DNA of 64,000 nt from Felis catus (taxonomy: Eukaryota), in assembly GCF_018350175.1 (NCBI RefSeq), contig NC_058381.1:13454001-13518000 (forward strand), read 5' to 3'. Made by a program: the position numbers and the translations under genes. Positions 13,535-27,675 of this stretch are shown one piece after another. Below the pieces are notes generated by a model. That model made no database searches. It was not told where the DNA came from and saw only the letters and a list, made by a program, of their open reading frames with translations. Positions within the stretch are counted from its first letter, which is position 1. Each line of letters starts with the position of its first letter.

Positions 13535-13672
13535 GTGAATGGCTGGGACATGACCATGGTCACGCACGACCAAGCCCGGAAGCGGCTCACCAAGCGCTCG
13601 GAGGAGGTGGTGCGTCTGCTGGTGACGCGGCAGTCGCTGCAGAAGGCAGTGCAGCAGTCCATGCTGTCCTAG
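13535..13672 (+). CDS. TAX1BP3: TAX1BP3 exon 4, coding part
   Basis: ggccag| VNGWDMTMVTHDQARKRLTKRSEEVVRLLVTRQSLQKAVQQSMLS*; total CDS 375 nt = 124 aa. Confidence 0.97.
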   Translation: MNGWDMTMVTHDQARKRLTKRSEEVVRLLVTRQSLQKAVQQSMLS

Positions 13673-14522
13673 CAGCCTGCTGCGGTCCCTGACTTGTGCC
13701 TGCCTGCCTGCATTGACGCCACCACGCTCTGTTTGCCCCTCATCTTGGCTTCTGATGTGTGCTGGGCCCCAGCTCCGAAAGGCCAGAGCTGGTCCCAGAG
13801 GCCTGTCCCTGGCCTGACTCGGCCTTCCTTCCCCTCTCCCACCACTGGCCTGAGCGTCTGGGACCAGCTCTCTCCTGCAGACACTGATGGAAAGGGCGGG
13901 CCTGGAGTTGAATTGTATTCAGTCTGTAGTGACCACAGGTTTGGCCCGCAGACTCTGCTGCTGCATGGCCTCAGCAGTGACCAGATGGGCAGAGGCCCCA
14001 CTTCATGAGAGCCACCACAAAGTTGGAGGATGCCAGGTGGGGCCGGCCTTTCCCACACTCAGTCCCAACTGTAGGGCTTGGCCTTGTCCCTGTGTCTCAG
14101 CTCTGCAGTGACTGTGCCCCATGTTTTTCCCTGCCTTCCCCAGCAGGGACTCGACACACTACCAGAGGTGCTACAGAGGTTTGCCCATGTGGAAGCCAGG
14201 CAGGCTCACAGTTCACCCCATTGCACCCCATTTCCCTGAGGGGCACTGACCTCCCCAGGGTTCACCTGCTTACGAGACTTAGACGAAATTCAAGCCTGAC
14301 ATTTCAGGGCAGTTCTGAGGATTGCCATCTCTATGCCTGTGGGTTTAACTTTATATTTTTTTAATCACAACTTTGATACAAAAGCATTTTTATCTTACTG
14401 TTTGGAGGTGCCAATTCTACTTCTGATTTAGCTTACTAATTCACATCTGGGAACAAGCATTGCTCTGGTTCCTGTGGAAATGGGGCAGTGTGAAGCTGCC
14501 CATACCTGACATCTTGTGCCCA

Positions 14523-14528
14523 AATAAA
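14523..14528 (+). terminator. polyadenylation signal, TAX1BP3
   Basis: AATAAA about 850 nt after the stop. Confidence 0.7.
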
Positions 14529-15868
14529 GTGCTGGAATTCATAAGGGGTTTTTGCTGAGGCGTGGGGTAGGGACATCTGGGGATGGATGGCAACTAGAGC
14601 TCTGGTCGTCGGGCTGGCTTGGCCTGGTCCCCGTCCACTTCTGAGACGAAGCCCAGCTATTCCCAGGCCTGCCTGTTGCTGTCTGGTCAGGGCTGCCTCT
14701 GTGGGAACGTCTGGAAGCACCTTCACTGGAACTGGGGGCAGGGAATTCCGAACTTCCCATGTGTCACTTATGTGCTGCTGCACCTGGGGCGGGGGGGACT
14801 CATGGGCACCAAGGTGTTCATGGGAACCCCTCCCACCCCCCACCCCCCGCCAAGACTCTTGGGAGCATGGAGTTTCCTGCAGGCAGGAGTGCAGCTCCAC
14901 ATTCCAGAGGCTGTCCTCTGAGGAGATGGAGGTAAACTGGACAACACTGGGGCCTCTGCCTGGCCCAGTGTGGCTGTGCTACCGGCTCTGGGGATTACTG
15001 TCGTTCATGGATCTGCCTACAAGCGTCAAATCCAGTTTTCCAAATTTTCATACCAAAAATTTGGTATCTCCTATTTTTGTAGGGTGGCACCCAATAAAAC
15101 AGGTCTGTGGGCTTGGTCAGCCTGCAATCTCTGCTTTTGGGGAAACAAGATCTGAAATTCTTTGATATTTGGATAGAGGAAGAATCTGGAAGATAAGACC
15201 CCACCCCCACCCCCACCCACATGAAGAGTATACACTTAACCCACCCAACCTGTGCTCACAACCACAGTCTAAGTGTCATAGAGAGACATGGTACCTGTGG
15301 GACCTACCTGGCCCTGAGCAGGCAGGCATCTTGCACTACCCACGAGGGCTCCCCGATGAAGTGCAGGATCGGCATGCAGCTACCTCGGGATCAGTGTACT
15401 TTGCAACCCCTGGCGTTTCCTTTCACGGGTTGAGTAGGGCTGTCTCCCTAAGCCCTAAGGATTATTTCGGAAGCCAACACACCTGCCTTCTGCATCTGGC
15501 AAAGGCTCAGTGTGCAGACAGGAAACAAATCAGGTTTTAATTAAGGATACAGGCACCTCACATTGATCTCGTAGTAAAAAAGTCTTGAGAATGAACTGAC
15601 AAGGCACATCCTGGGACACTCCCCTCCTGCCACAGGAAGGAGAGCTGCCTGGGATAGAAGAGAAGGGGGTTTGGAATAAAGGTTGGGCCCATGAGGATTG
15701 TGTGAGGTGGTTTCAAGTCCGTATGTCAGGCTCAGGCTCCTGAACAGCCAAAAAATTGGTGAGGCTCAGGTAGGAATCTGGGGGAAGTGAGGGAAGGGGG
15801 CCAGTCTTCCCCTGTAGAGGAGCTATACTCACCAATTGGCAGGTCTTACAGGCCTCTAAGGCACAGGT

Positions 15869-15870
15869 TT

Positions 15871-15900
<30 letters not shown>
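15869..15900. repeat. (GT)n microsatellite
   Basis: direct sequence. Confidence 0.9.
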
Positions 15901-15901
<1 letters not shown>

Positions 15902-16395
15902 AGCGCGTGCGTGTCCATCCCATACTCCAGATGCAGGATGAGGAGCAGTTGAAGGGGATTACGTGGGGCCCCGGGACTCTGGGAAAGTGGAGGTAGGCAG
16001 AAGGTGAAGAAATTAAGCTACTTACTTCCAAAACATCCCTCAAAAAAATCCAAAAGGGGTTAGTGTGATAAAGATCCAGAGGGATTGGGCATAAGCCTAG
16101 CTCAGAACCAATCTGTTGGGCACTTCAAGGCTCAGAAATACAGTTTCTTTGCCAGACCCTGGCCTGGGCCACCTGCGATTAAGTTGTGGGAGTTGAATTA
16201 CGTAGGAGTGTCAGGACGGTGAGTGCTCAGAGAATGTGGCCTTCAGAGAAGGGACCCCAAAGGCCTGACCCCAATATCCTATCCCCTCTGCCACCAGCAC
16301 CAGCACCTCTGAGTCCACCGGCCACGTCACCAGGCTGCTTGGTCTCTGGGAACACGGCAGTGGCAGCAAAACGCCCTTGGTTCACAACTGCAGGA

Positions 16396-16513
16396 TCAGT
16401 CCTTCAAGCTGCTCCCAGAAACACTGGTTGTTTAGGTCAAGGCCTTCGGCTCCAAGCTCAGCACCCAATCCTGCCTGGGACGGCTGTCAGAACCCGTGTG
16501 TGCTGCCTGAAGC
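16396..16513 (-). CDS. CTNS: CTNS alternative (LKG-type) terminal coding segment, interrupted by an in-frame TAA at 16434-16432
   Basis: ttttctttaag| acceptor; in frame after the internal exon-12 donor (16851): (G)LQAAHTGSDSRPRQDWVLSLEPKALT*TTSVSGSSLKD*. Confidence 0.8.
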
Positions 16514-16832
16514 CTTAAAGAAAATAAAGACGGTGGCATCAAGATGCAGGAGGGTCAGATGCCTGGCCGGCAAGGCCTGGGAAGGGCCGTCAGCAGTGTG
16601 GTTTTCCGTATCAGAGCAGAATCTGGTGTCTGTCTCAGAGGGAGGTTCCTCCCCAGCCCGGCCTGGGAGAGTCCTGGCTGAAGGCAGGCTGGTTTGCGCA
16701 TAAGGCGTTTGGCCCTGAGGAAGAGAGCGCTTCAACACTGTCAGCACAAGGCGCCAGCCCTGCACTCCAGACTCTGCCCCAGCCTTCCTGGTGGGCGCAG
16801 GGCCTGGGCCATTTATGCTGGGTCCCTGGGTG

Positions 16833-17060
<228 letters not shown>

Positions 17061-17106
17061 TCATCTGCCCAGGAAACCACTAATCCTCCAGCTGCCAAGG
17101 CCCCTA

Positions 17107-17622
<516 letters not shown>

Positions 17623-19222
17623 CTAGCAACTGCAAAGGAGCGGGGATGTTGCTTCTCCATAGTCTTCATCCTTTCCTGTTCTGCGACAAAACCCTGCCCT
17701 GGTTTTCTAGCAATTGATTTTTCTTCTCATCTCCATTGAAGGGTCTTCCTAAACTCAGCCTGGACTTCATGTTGTGCTTATCAACATAGGCTAGGAGTCT
17801 GATTGTCTGGTCTGGTACCCCAGCTGCACCCCGGGAAGGAGGTTATCTCGGGAGAGTTACTGGAGTTCTCTTAACCTGTTTTCCCCATCGGTAGAGTGGA
17901 CTGGACTTCCACCACAGCTCTGGCTGGGCTCTGGGGACTCCATCTGGGGCTTCCTAGGTCTAGTGGGTGGGTCTACGTGGACATCCCCCCACTTCCTGCC
18001 GCCGCTGCCCCACTCCTTCCTCCAACACCAGAACCCTCTGGACTTCTCTGACTGGGGCAACCTCCCTATCATCCAAGAGGGAGGGCATGGCCCCTGTGGT
18101 GGTCTTCTCTCAGCCAGCCACCTGTGAGTCCCCCTTTGTCCTTTCCCACCCTCTTTCATGCTTGCGGCCACCTCTCCAGTTTTGGGACAATTCCAAGCGT
18201 CTCCAGGTGGGGCTCCTGCCTCCTAGACTGACCAGACCCAAGCCTTCCCACACTCAGGAACTGTGGCCCTGGTTCCCTCAAGACCTATCCCCCTCAACTG
18301 CGAAGCCTTCTTCCCCAGCCCCCTAGGGCCCTCTCAGTTTCAACACTGCTCAGCCAGCAAGGTCTCCTTGCTGCCACCCCCCCCCCCCCCGAATACCCCC
18401 TCCTCTCTCATCCACACAATTAAGTCCTGCTCATCCTTAAGGCTCTGGATCTGTTTCCATGCCCTCCAGGAGATGGACCTTGACTCTGGCAAAACGCTAT
18501 CCTTCCTGAGCCCAGGAAATACAAGCCTCCCTACACCAGGGAGACTGAAAAGGGGGCTTTTGCACTGGAAATGGGGTAGGTTTAAGGAGGCCCTAGATTC
18601 AGGGGTGGAGCCCAACATTAGCAGTTATTTCACACCTTCCCCTGTCCTGGGCCATTGGGCTATGGGGCAAGATGTGTTTGACTCTAGGTCTCTGCATCTG
18701 AATAGGCCTTAGTACTTGAGGGAGCATGCTGAAGGCCCCTAAAGTGGACCCTGGATGAGACCTCTGAGGAAGGCATCTCTGGATAGGAGATGGAGGTCAG
18801 AGGTCGCAGCCCCGGGCCGCTTCCTCTCACTCAATCTTTTCCAAGTATCCGGCTGCTGCTCTTCAGGGTCATCAGTTGTGCTAACAGGGGGCGAGAGTAG
18901 GGGGCAGACGAAGTCATTAGGAAAGACTGGGATGGCGAGAGAAGTGACCTGCACAACCTGACTCTCAGAGTGGAGCATGAGCTCAGAGAAGTCTCCGCTG
19001 ACTTCCTCAGGCGATTCCTGGCTCCAGGGAGGAGCAGCAGTACTTACGGCCGGCTTTCTGCCTGGCCCTGCTCTGGCTGCGCTCATGGCTTCCACTGCAA
19101 CCTTCCATTCATGCCTCCTCACCCCGGCTACGGGCTGCCCCGTGGGAGCAGGACCTGGGGTCTGTATCTCACCCCTCTCACTCTAATGGCCATGTGAAAA
19201 GTAAGGAGGGCCCTGGAGGTAC

Positions 19223-19393
19223 CTGTGGAAAATACTTGACCAGCGTCACCGCGAGCTTGATATAGGAGAAGCAGAAGAGAAACCGCAGCCACGTGGTTAC
19301 CCCGACTGCAGCCAAAATCATGGTGATGAGCACAAAGAGCCACGAGAGCACCAGGAAGCTGATGGCAGGCCAGGACACGTGCTGGCTGCCTCG
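19223..19393 (-). CDS. CTNS: cystinosin exon 10
   Basis: [18 protein letters not shown]...[12 protein letters not shown] (second PQ loop); 171 nt. Confidence 0.97.
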
Positions 19394-20400
19394 CTGAGGA
19401 TGATGGAGAGAGGGAAGGGAAGGGGATAGGTGGTGGGGGTTGAGAGTCCAGTGCCAACCACACCACTGTCGCTATCAGGATCTCTAGTTCAGTCATTCTT
19501 GGACTTTCCAGAGCCCATTTGCTTCTTGTCCCCACACTGCAGAACGGGTACCTCTCAGAGGCCACCAAGGGCTGGAAACGTGGCCCCCAACACACCGGAG
19601 GCCTGGTGCCCCATTCCAGCCCAGACTCGTTCCATGATCCAGGTGGAGCCTGATCATCTCTGGAATCTATCCCTCACCCCTACCTTTCCCCAAAGGTAAC
19701 CTAGAAGGTCCGTGACAGGGGGAACCAAGCAGTCCCCGGCTGACCTTGCATGTGCAAAGGGAGCTCCCTGAAGGAAACACTGCACCCACAGGGAAGTGAG
19801 AGAAGACGTGCAGGTCAGCGATCCCCTGAAAACCGGCCTTATGGTGCTTTCTTTGCTGAGGCACAGCCCCCAGCAATGCAGCGGAGGCCATTCTCCTCAG
19901 CCTGGCACTCCAGACCCTTGGACCCCTCAGGAGCCTGCTCCCCTCACCGGGACCCTGAACCCCAGCCACAAACATCTGGTCATAGTTCCTCTCACTGCCC
20001 CCTGGCCTTCAGAGTTCTGTCCTCCCACTGGGGCCGCCCCATCACCACGGCAACATCACTTATACTATGGACCACAACTCAGAGCCACTTCCTTGACGCC
20101 CTCCCCCTCCTCTCTGGTTGTGTCAGGGCCTCCATGAGCTGCCCGTGTCCTCCCGTCCTACTCAACTCTCAACCCGCTGGGTCATCACTGCCTCTGTGTC
20201 TCTCACCCCACACCTGGGGGTCCTGAGGGCTTGGGCTCATGGGTGTTCCCTGTGTCCAGCATGGGGCCGGGCCTCTTATCTCGGCCCCAGTAAGCAGATG
20301 CCGAGTTTCTGTGTCTTCTATAAAATAGGAGGTATGGGTGGTGGCTGGTGGTGGTGGGTGTTGGCACCTGACATGGGGTGGGCACCAGCTCATCTCTCAC

Positions 20401-20520
20401 CTCGTACAGGAAGCACTGCACCATGATAACCAGGGTGAGGGCGACTGCGTGCAGGCTGAAGAAGACGTCGTTACTATCCACGGGGTTCACTCCATTGGGG
20501 TACTTGAGGAAAAACTGCTC
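20401..20520 (-). CDS. CTNS: cystinosin exon 9
   Basis: [40 protein letters not shown]; 120 nt. Confidence 0.97.
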
Positions 20521-20603
20521 CTGTTTGAGGGGTTGGGAGAAGCCTGGGGGTGAGGCGCAGCCAAGCTACCAAACAGCTGGGGCCAGGCTGCAGTGGGCAT
20601 TAC

Positions 20604-20703
20604 CTTGATGTAGGGCACCCAGAAGAGGCCAATGTTGAACACGCTGTAGGCCACGAAGCCTGTCAGGTTCAGCGCCACGAAATCAAAGCTTAGACCAATG
20701 ACA
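20604..20703 (-). CDS. CTNS: cystinosin exon 8
   Basis: [33 protein letters not shown]; 100 nt. Confidence 0.97.
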
Positions 20704-21472
20704 CTGGCATGGGAGCGACAAAGAGACAAAGCAGGGTAAAAGGTGAGACTGGAAAGATGGGAGGGGACAGAGCTCCCAACACATGGGGAGGAGGGCCCAG
20801 CTCTCCCAAGGAGAGCACTGTCCTCAGGCCCCTTTGCACACCCTAATCGATGCCACACTATCCCACCCTCTTGGGAACCAGTGTCCTCCCTCCTTCCCCT
20901 ATCTCTGCCTCCATAAGTCCTGGCCTGGAGGGAAGTCTGGAGGCCTCCTTCAGAGAGAAAGCGTCTCCGTCCCTGGCTCCCAGCTTAGCAGCCCTATGAG
21001 GCCCATGTGGCTGGGGTAACTGCAGGACAGCTTGGGTCCTTGCTATGCAAAGACACAACTCCAGGCCCACTTTGTCTTTAAAGTCAGGGTGGGGTCGCTT
21101 AACCTCCAAGGCTGAAGGACCCAGCTCTAGCACTGCAGCAGGACTTGACACTAATTCCTGCAGGGCTGGATGGACCAAGAACAGCAGATGTGGTGGACTC
21201 CTCCCTCCCAGCACATTCTCTGCTTCCCTGAGAAGCCCCAATTCGTTGCTTTCACAGGGAGGGGCTGAACTGGGCCACAGACCAAATGCCTAGCACTGCA
21301 AGTCCTGCCACAGGCTCTTAGAGCTTTCATACTGGACAACTTTCTAGAAAGGGCAGGAAGAGAGAAGAGCCGAGGAAGAAAGGCTGAACCCATGCTGCCT
21401 ACAGCCTCGCTGGGATGCCTCCCATCTTACCAGCCCCAAGTGACTGCAAGTAAAGCTCAGTGAGTTGGTTAC

Positions 21473-21604
21473 CTTTTCCGCCTCCAGTTGGTGATCACCT
21501 GAGGGTAGAAGGAAATGGACCAGGCCACAAAGTAAATCCAGCCAATCACCTGGTTTATGATGCTAACGATATTGCTGTGGACGACCAAGAAGCGGATCCT
21601 CGGG
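21473..21604 (-). CDS. CTNS: cystinosin exon 7
   Basis: [43 protein letters not shown] (first PQ loop); 132 nt. Confidence 0.97.
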
Positions 21605-21717
21605 CTAGAAAGAATTTGGGGATGAGCGGAGGCTGGGCTCCAAGGAAGCCCCCATGTGCCCGACGATGCCTGCCTCCCATCTCATCATTTAAGCCTATGT
21701 GGGCTGAGGCCAGCCTA

Positions 21718-21825
<108 letters not shown>

Positions 21826-24677
21826 TTAGGAAAACTGAATTCGATCCAGTGCTACATAGTTATTGGGGCCTGAATGTCCAGCTCCAGGCTACACTCTAGG
21901 AAATAGTGGGACAGAGGACACACAGTTCGGACCTTCCAAGAGCTTACTAACAAAAGGGAGAAACATTGGACCAACTACCCCTCCCCCAAGAACCCCCTCC
22001 CCCTACCTGTGTGTTAGACTTTCTGAGCAGAACAATAGCCCCGCCCTCAGGCCTCAACTCCCAGGGAAGGTGGGACAGCTCACCTCTCACTAACCATGTG
22101 ATCTCAGGCAAGTTATTCGACCTCAGTTTGCTCACCTGTACAAGCGGATAACAGAAGTGTCTACTTTTTCAGGGTTGCTATGAATGACATAAAGTCCATA
22201 AATACTATGTCTGCTATTACTTCTACTTCTGCTATTATGGAAGGCTCCTCAATATCCACAAACAACATCTGCCCCACGCCCAGTGTGGCTGCCAAGTGAC
22301 AAAACAGAAGAGGTGCAATCAACAGACACTTGACAGGGAGAACATTCTCACCCTCATTTCTGATAAACATTTTATCAAAAGTTCTCTCCAAGAAAGAGAG
22401 AGGCTTGCCTGCAACATCTGATCTCCCAGTCATTTCCTTGGATACTCTCAAATCCCCCAAACGTGGCAGGGAGCAGGATGATACCTTTACTGACCCAAAC
22501 TGTCTCCCCCTCTTTGCTCCTTGGGTAATGCTCTGGGCCCCACACCTCCACCCATATCACAGGCGTTGTGAGGATGCAGTCATTAGAATTCAGTGGCTTC
22601 TTTATGAGGACCCTGGAAGGACTTTGTGTTTTTAGCACTAGAAATCAGGGGGCTTTGGCGGAACAAATAAAATGGTACGAGCGGCTGCTGCAAAGCCCAG
22701 GGTCTAATTCATGGCCCACCTCTTGCAAGCTACGTCCTCATGATGCGTACCACTTTTGGCTATTTTTTTCTTATTTTTAACAGGTTTTCTTGGCAATGTT
22801 GTTTGTATATTTGTAAGTGGGCCACTACGTCCCTTCAGGAACTAGGAAGGAAGAAAACTGGTCAACTGGAAATCAACTGGTACAGGGCAGAAGGAAATCA
22901 TAACTACCACTATTTTTTTTTTTTTAATTAATAAACTTTATTTTTAAGAGCAGTTTTAGGTCCACAAAATTTACCACTATCTTTCACTCTGTGCTTTCTT
23001 TCTGCATGCCAGGTACAATCCTAGACATTTTATACTCACTATGGCTTTTAATCCTCATAACCCTTGTCAAGCAGACATTATTATGTCTACAAGTGAGGAA
23101 TCTGCGATGTGCTGGATGGGGTACCTTGTCCAAGGCTCATAGGTCAGGCCCCTAGTTCTAACCAGTAGTTTCCAAAGGCAGGAGACAGGACTGGCTAGAG
23201 CTGGATGGGAGGGGCCATATAGGTTGGCTCCTGGAAAGTGGGTTGATACTCAGATGGATCACTCTAAAACCGGATTTGACTCCCACCATTGATTTTTTTT
23301 TTTAAATTATAGTTGACATACAATGTTATCCACAATTAACATTTTTATGAAAGTGAATTATAACATATGTGCAGAAAAGTTTACACATCACAGCTTGATG
23401 AAATAATATCCACAAACCAAGATCAAGCACTCGGGTCAAGAAATGGAACACTTCCAGCATTCAGAAGCCCTATTCGGCTCTTTTCCAGTCACACCTAAGC
23501 CCCAAGGGGAAACCACTATGCTGACCAACACCACAGATTTGCCTTGACTGGGTGTGCACTTTATGCACAAAGAAGCATACAGTCTACAGTGTCAGGCTTC
23601 TTTTGCTTAAAATGATGTTTGACTTTCACGGATTTCGAAAAGATGATACTTTTACTTAGCGGTCTGACCTGAAACTAGGCGATCAATGTCATTCCTCAGA
23701 GTCTAAATTTGATCTGTGGATCACGCCAGACCTCAGCTGGGTGCCACAATCTGCTGTAAGAACCACCAGGCTTTTCTCACCCTGCAGCAGTCTTCATACC
23801 CCAGGGCAGGAGGAAGTGGTGAGAAGTGGCTCAGTCTAATGAGGCGTGGAGCTCACCAAAGGGTGAGAGGGGACTCCCTTCCCACACAAGGCCCTTCTGG
23901 GTTGACAGGCTTTATCTGATCGCATGCTTTAGTGCCGTTTTCTTGCCAGGGGCCTCAGAGCCAACTTGCAGCCCATTTCTACAACCACACAGGGCCTGTG
24001 ACATGCCTCCGAGTTATCCCTGCATTTATTTTGTCTTTTTTTTTAAACCACTGTTTATTCTCTACATTATTCTCCCCTCTTGGTATTTTTTACTTAGTCA
24101 ATTTGTAATTGGCTCAAATGTTGGTAAGGTAGAAGCAGTGTGTATATTAACATATAAATGCATAAGGGCTACGAATAGTGATCATTAGACGGCATTTGGC
24201 ACTGATTTTTGGAAATAACACTCAACCAATGGAATCTCAGAATAATGCTTTGCAAACTTCAGTGTGGACCTACATAATCTGGGGATCTTGCTCATATGCA
24301 GGTTTTGAATCAGTAGGTCTAGGATGGGGCCCATGATTCTGAATTTCTAAAAGGTTTTCAAGAAGGGACAATAGTATTGGTCCACCAATACCCTCTAAGT
24401 AGCACAATTTTAGAAAATCATCTTATGAATTTCTTCTACATTCCCAGGACCATTTTTGCCTCAAATTTCTTACCACCACTTTCCTAATTCCATCTATGTG
24501 GCATAAAATGCCCATCGTCAAAGAGACCAACGAAGCCAAAATCAGAGATTTCGAGAATGATGGGACAGGGGCGGCCCACAGTATAAAAACAAGGTGGCCT
24601 ATTTCTACAGGTAAGCACTTAAAGACTATTTTGTTACCCAGCAGTTCCCCACCCATCAGTTAAAATTCATTACTTAC

Positions 24678-24762
24678 TTCATCAGGGAGCTCAAGGATAG
24701 TAACATTTTTTGAACGAAATGTGATTTGAAAAGTGATCACCAAGGTTGCATTTAATGGACGC
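24678..24762 (-). CDS. CTNS: cystinosin exon 5
   Basis: [28 protein letters not shown]; 85 nt. Confidence 0.95.
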
Positions 24763-25942
24763 CTGTGGAGGACAAGAGTCTGATTACTACTGAGAAGCCG
24801 GACACTGTGAGATCTCAACCAACCCTCTCGATTTCACATAGGCCTGTCACTTCTCAAGCAATTAGCATTAAATGTGCTATGTGCTAGGTCCTGAGTCTCA
24901 GACAGGTGGGGTCCTTGCTCCTTAGGAGCTTCCTATCTGTATTAGGAGACAAGAAGCCCATGGGGGCCAGGTGAGACCCTGAGAAGGTGGGGAACTGGCT
25001 GCGACTGCCAGAGGCCAACAGGACCATGCCATTTGCTCTGGTGGAGAAGGCTTCCAAGGACTCAATTGGGAGCAGGGATAGGTGTGTCCCCAGAAAGCCA
25101 TGAGATGTGTCTGATGGGAGTAGTCGGTGGTGTCCTCAAGTGTGGATGTACAGGCCTGGAGTTAATTTGGAAGGCTATGGAATGCCACTCAAGGATTCTG
25201 GAGAGGGACGATGTGGTGAGGAGATGGCCTGTCAGATTTATAAGGTATCCACATACAGAGGTGGCAGGAATTGGGACGGAATGCAGGTTCGTTAGGGAGC
25301 CTTGCTACCAAAGCTTTGGTCTGAGATCAGACTGCCCAGGAGAGATAAAGAAAAGGGAGAAGGGTAAAGAGTAAAGGACAGGGTTCTAGACCTTCATCCT
25401 GGGGATTCCTCCTGGCTGGGAGTCTGGCAGTCTGTACTAGGCCAGCACCTCACCCCTAAACCAGCAAAGGTCAGCAAGGAACACTCTCAGACAAGGCTAA
25501 GCATGAGGGTTGCCATGAATGGGATTCACCCAGTATGTTCACTTCTGCTTTCAGGAGGGATCTCAGAAGTGTTGGTGAGCAGCTCAGCAACTTGCCCCCT
25601 GATCTTCAGGGCTGTCATCAAATGCTCAGAGCCTTGGGAAGGACCACCCTGAGGTCTGACATCAACTGCTGGTCACTTAAGGACATCTCTCAGAAGGGGA
25701 AAAGGTTCACGTCTCTATGGAGAATCCCCCTTCCTCCTCTTCTGACCAGAACCAAGGATTCAGCGGCTGGTGGGGAAAGACTCTAGGACCTCAATCTGCA
25801 GACCACCTGCTATCGCCTCTCTTTCTCTGGCTTGTCTTTTTGTTTTTGTTTTTAAAATTTTATTTTTTCAGGAGAGAAGGGACTTGATAATACCATATAG
25901 AATACCATATAGCATATCCACTGACCCTTCTCTGGCTTGTCT

Positions 25943-26162
25943 TTTTTTAATTTTTATTTTGAATGTTTATTTATTTTTGGGTGGTGAGGACAGAGCACGA
26001 GCAAGGGAGGGGCAGAGAGACAGGGAGACACACAATCCGAAGCAAGCTCCAGGCTCTGAGCTGTCAGCATAAAGCCCGATGTGGGGTTTGAACTTGTGAA
26101 CTGGGAGACCACGACCTGAGCCTAAGTTGGACGCTTAACTGACTGAGCCACCCAGGCACCCC
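25943..26162 (-). mobile_element. Can-SINE
   Basis: poly-T, (GA)-rich segment, ...gactgagccacccaggcacccc (reverse complement of the tRNA-derived head). Confidence 0.9.
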
Positions 26163-26290
26163 ATAGCTTGTCTTAAAGTGAAGAGGCAAAGGCATCACAC
26201 TTGAAATATGAACGGAGCCAGGGGTCAGCTCTGACCCAGCCACAGGGTGAATGAACTCAGCTGATGGTACAGATGAGCCTGGGAACTTAC

Positions 26291-26369
26291 TGAAGGGTGA
26301 TGCTGATGTTGGCCGAACTTCCATTTTCCAGCTTCACAGTGGGAGGAACAGTGAGATCGACTGTCGACT
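26291..26369 (-). CDS. CTNS: cystinosin exon 4
   Basis: [25 protein letters not shown]; 79 nt. Confidence 0.95.
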
Positions 26370-27440
26370 CTGGAAGGGCCCAAACCAATGACAAGCCATC
26401 AGGTCAGAGAACTCAGGCCCACAAGGAAAAGCTGGGACAAGGGTCCCTGACATCTGAACTCATGAGCGCTGACTCACAGCAACCCTCATGTTCTAGGAGA
26501 AGATGTGGACGTCCTGGGGGGGGATAAGTGATGGACCTGGAAACCTGAGCCTTCATTACGTTCTTTTCCCTCTGACACCAGAGAGACAGAGGCAGACACA
26601 GGCCTGAGCAGGAAACAGTGTAGCTTCCTCTTTCCCACACCAAGAAGCTCTGGGGCTGAGTTACCCAGAGATAGGAGCCCCAAAAACTGTCACGCAGGAA
26701 TTCAAGGATCGATCTGGGACTGGAAAATGTGGACTTGAACCACCTCTTCAGATGGGAAAGCACAGGGGTCTCCTCTGTTCATGGAGCTAAAATGGCCCTG
26801 TAGAACTGCTCCAGCCCCTTCCTGTACTCTCAGAGACACACAGGGCCCAGCTATCCTGTTTCTAAAGAACCCCTTTGGGCTCCATACTAACTTAGCTAAA
26901 CTCATTCACTGATCCCCTTCCTGAGGCTGACTCTGGGGGCTGGAGAATGGTGAACACCACAGTCTCACATAGGGATTTCTTCTTGGCATTAAGGTGTTGA
27001 TGAAGGATAAAGTAGACAAATAGGCCTTGGGAGTGAGGGCGGAAGCAGGTTGGGAAGGCCAAATACCCTAGAGCAACCTGGCTATAGAACCAGAGTGAGC
27101 CAGCCTCTCCCCGACCTCTTCCAGTGTTCTTTGGGCAGCCCACACTCACACCCCACCCCTACTCCCAGGTGTGCTCAAAGCCCCAGGCACCTGTCCACCT
27201 CACCTCCCTTACCTCGAGGCCTTCACGGTTATGCAAGGGCTAAGGAGGGGTCACGAATCTAGACTGGGCAGGAAAGGGAGTCCACAGGGGAAAGAAGGAG
27301 CTCAACTTGATTAAAGAGGGAGCAGCTGTAGGCAGCCCCAGGTTTCTCTCTCCCCACTCCCCTCTAGGCAGAAGATGAGGAACTGAGATCTGAGATTTTT
27401 AGGTGTTCAGATTGGAAGGGAACATAAAAGTTCCCTAATT

Positions 27441-27675
27441 TTTTTTTTCAACGTTTTTTTTTTTAATTTTTTTTAATTTTTTTTATTTTTGGGACAGAGA
27501 GAGACAGAGCATGAATGGGGGAGGGGCAGAGAGAGAGGGAGACACAGAATCAGAAACAGGCTCCAGGCTCCGAGCCATCAGCCCAGAGCCTGATGCGGGG
27601 CTCGAACTCACGGGCCGCGAGATCGTGACCTGGCTGAAGTCGGATGCTTAACCGACTGCGCCACCCAGGCGCCCC
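27441..27675 (-). mobile_element. young felid Can-SINE (SINEC_Fc-like) with target-site duplication (TSD)
   Basis: Full-length; TSD aaaagttccctaattt at 27426 and 27676. Confidence 0.95.

Noticed and set aside
14587-15165. 192-aa ORF between TAX1BP3 and CTNS
   Set aside because: No recognisable homology; GC-rich UTR or antisense region
27441-27675. tRNA-like A/B boxes in SINE heads
   Set aside because: These are tRNA-derived Can-SINEs, not tRNA genes
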